From contig JBKGZT010000053.1 of NCBI GenBank assembly GCA_046543235.1, forward strand, positions 1 through 7,929: a stretch of 7,929 bases of DNA, read 5' to 3'. The DNA comes from Candidatus Acetothermia bacterium. GTDB lineage: Bacteria > Bipolaricaulota > Bipolaricaulia > M55B111. Positions 6,287 to 7,929 of this stretch are shown piece by piece (the stretch's first letter is position 1; each line of letters begins with the position of its first letter). Both the position numbers and the translations under genes were made by a program. The notes under the pieces are model-generated. The model did not search any database. It was given only the letters and a program-made list of their open reading frames with translations, and was not told where the DNA came from.

Positions 6287-7210
6287 TTAGGCCTTCGATT
6301 CTCCCCGCAGATAGTCAAGGAGTAGGTCGCTCGCCTCCAGGTTGTTTTCGAGGTCGAAGGTTTTAATCCCGTCCACTTTCTCCATCCAGTTCTGCTGGTA
6401 CTTTGCCAGGTGGCGAGTGTTCTTCTTTATCTCCTCGACGGCCTCCTCGTAGTCCATTTCCCCTCTGAGATATAGGGCCAGCTCCTTGTAACCGATCGTC
6501 TCCCAGGCCCCCCAATCGGGACCGAACCCTTCTTCCACCAGACCCTTTACCTCATCCAGTAGTCCTCTTTCCAGCATATCCTCCACCCGAAGATTTACCC
6601 TCTCGTACAGCACGTCCCGGGGGCGGTTTAGACCGATCTTCCTGAAATCAAAGGGTAGCGGTTTTGTCTCATCCTTCAACTCGCTGATCGGTCGGCCGGT
6701 TAACTCGTAAACTTCCAGTGCCCGTATCAGCCTCCTGGTATCGTTCGGGTGGATTTTCTCCGCCGAGCGCGGGTCAACTTCCTCCAGCCTCCCGTGAAGT
6801 TCTTCGCTCGGACTTTTCCTCAATCGCTCCCTGAGCTCCTCGTCGGCCTCCGGTCCTTCAAAAATGCCCTGGGTCAGGGCGATGATGTAGAGCCGACTCC
6901 CACCGACCACTATCGGCACGTTACCCCGCTCCCGAACTTCCTCGATCCTCACCTCCGCGTTGTCACGGAAATCCGCGGCACTGTACCTCTCTCGGGGGTC
7001 GAGAAAGTTTATTAAGTGATAGGGTAGTTCTTTTCGATAAGTCTCCGGGGGAGTGGCGGTCCCGATATCCATCCCTTCGTAAACCGCACGAGAATCGGCG
7101 GAAATTATCTCGCCACCTAGCTTACCTGCAACTTCGTGGACCAGCTCGGTCTTCCCGACGGCGGTCGGCCCGAGAACTATCGGGACGGAGTCTTCGACTT
7201 GGTTTTTCAA
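6287..7210 (-). CDS. miaA: tRNA (adenosine(37)-N6)-dimethylallyltransferase MiaA, 307 aa
   Basis: GPTAVGKT P-loop, IISADS..VYEGMDIGTA, PYHLI, VGG..LY, IHPND.RRLIRALEV, IGYKE, T..LAK.Q..W. The TTG start is 4 nt after the pncA stop. Confidence 0.96.
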   Translation of the reverse strand: MKNQVEDSVPIVLGPTAVGKTELVHEVAGKLGGEIISADSRAVYEGMDIGTATPPETYRKELPYHLINFLDPRERYSAADFRDNAEVRIEEVRERGNVPIVVGGSRLYIIALTQGIFEGPEADEELRERLRKSPSEELHGRLEEVDPRSAEKIHPNDTRRLIRALEVYELTGRPISELKDETKPLPFDFRKIGLNRPRDVLYERVNLRVEDMLERGLLDEVKGLVEEGFGPDWGAWETIGYKELALYLRGEMDYEEAVEEIKKNTRHLAKYQQNWMEKVDGIKTFDLENNLEASDLLLDYLRGESKA

Positions 7211-7214
7211 AGGA

Positions 7215-7799
7215 TTAGGTTTCCAGGTCCGAGCTGTTGATTATCTCACCACCCCGGGAACGGATTTCCTCCAGTGCTTCCTCGCCGGCCTCCTCGTCCA
7301 CCGGTTCGGTGCAGTCCTCGAGCAAAAACAGTTCAAAGCCCTGATCGAGCGCATCCAGAGCAGTGGCCCGGACGCAGTAATCCAGCGCCAGGCCGGCCAC
7401 GAAGAGCCTCTCCGCGTCCCCTGACTCAAGGACATCGATCATCATCCTGCCAGCCGGGGTTTCTCCGCTAAAGCCGCTGTAGTCCGAACGATCCACTGGA
7501 TCGAAACCCTTCTTCAGCTTGAAATCTATTTGCTCGTCTTGCAGTCCCGGGTGGAATTCCGCTCCCGCTGTCCCCTGAACGCAGTGGGGCGGCCACTCTC
7601 CTCCGTTTTCCTTAAAGGAGTAGTGATCCTCGGGATGCCAGTCCCGCGTCGCCAGCGAATTAGGGAACCTATCGATCATGTCGTTTATCGTCTCCAACAG
7701 CTCGTCCCCTCCTGGCACGGCGAGCGCACCATCGGGGGGCAGGAAGTCGTTTTGGTAATCGACGACGATTAGCCAGTCGGCGGGATTAACTTTAATCAT
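7215..7799 (-). CDS. pncA: Nicotinamidase/pyrazinamidase (isochorismatase family), 194 aa
   Basis: VVDYQNDF (catalytic Asp), GALAV, metal-binding TRDWHPEDH and WPPHCVQGT, KG (catalytic Lys), YSGF, GLALDYCV (catalytic Cys). ATG start with a strong SD (AAGGGGAGG) upstream. Confidence 0.93.
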   Translation of the reverse strand: MIKVNPADWLIVVDYQNDFLPPDGALAVPGGDELLETINDMIDRFPNSLATRDWHPEDHYSFKENGGEWPPHCVQGTAGAEFHPGLQDEQIDFKLKKGFDPVDRSDYSGFSGETPAGRMMIDVLESGDAERLFVAGLALDYCVRATALDALDQGFELFLLEDCTEPVDEEAGEEALEEIRSRGGEIINSSDLET

Positions 7800-7879
7800 T
7801 GTTTTCCTCCCCTTCGTCTTATTGAACTAAAAATCGCTCCTTTCGAACTCGGCCTCTCTTTTCACTCTTTCTTCGTTTA

Positions 7880-7888
7880 ACTATAACA
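7880..7888 (-). promoter_or_regulatory. Putative extended -10 promoter for pncA-miaA
   Basis: The minus strand reads TG-T-TATAGT (TGn plus -10) about 80 nt upstream of the pncA ATG. No convincing -35 box. Confidence 0.4.
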
Positions 7889-7929
7889 AACAGAGGGCAC
7901 CGAACCGAGAAAATTCCAGCGACGCGGCG

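Noticed and set aside
4353..7772. Remaining short ORFs nested in lptD, miaA and pncA
   Set aside because: They overlap confident genes and show no family motifs.
7800..7929. NAD riboswitch, NrtR/Rex box, 12-aa uORF (7865-7827) or an upstream gene tail (frame open to TAA at 7821-7819) before pncA
   Set aside because: No recognisable aptamer or clean palindrome. The uORF lacks a convincing SD, and the open frame is very basic, unlike the other proteins. It cannot be settled without sequence beyond the window.
1..7929. CRISPR array, tRNA/rRNA, IS, prophage or defence genes
   Set aside because: No regularly spaced repeats, cloverleaf/rRNA signatures, or transposase, integrase or nuclease motifs were seen.

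Overview
Bacterial chromosomal window with seven credible genes. On the left is a very acidic lipoprotein with two PKD domains (minus strand). A ~500 bp AT-richer spacer separates it from a divergent four-gene Lpt-like operon (plus strand): a long beta-jellyroll LptC/LptA-like protein, lptB, a single LptF/LptG permease and an LptD-like outer-membrane beta-barrel. On the right, a convergent pncA-miaA pair (nicotinamidase, tRNA dimethylallyltransferase) lies on the minus strand. The most notable feature is the Lpt-like operon. It has no separate lptA, lptE, second permease or lpx/kds gene nearby, it has lengthened jellyrolls on both ends of the bridge, LptB has altered motifs, and LptD has a four-Cys cluster. 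It may be a minimal trans-envelope bridge for a non-canonical lipid, but this is inference. The acidic proteins suggest a halophilic diderm host, possibly Ca. Bipolaricaulota/Acetothermia-like (unverified). No mobile elements, CRISPR arrays or RNA genes were recognised. All family calls come from reading motifs by eye, not from database searches.
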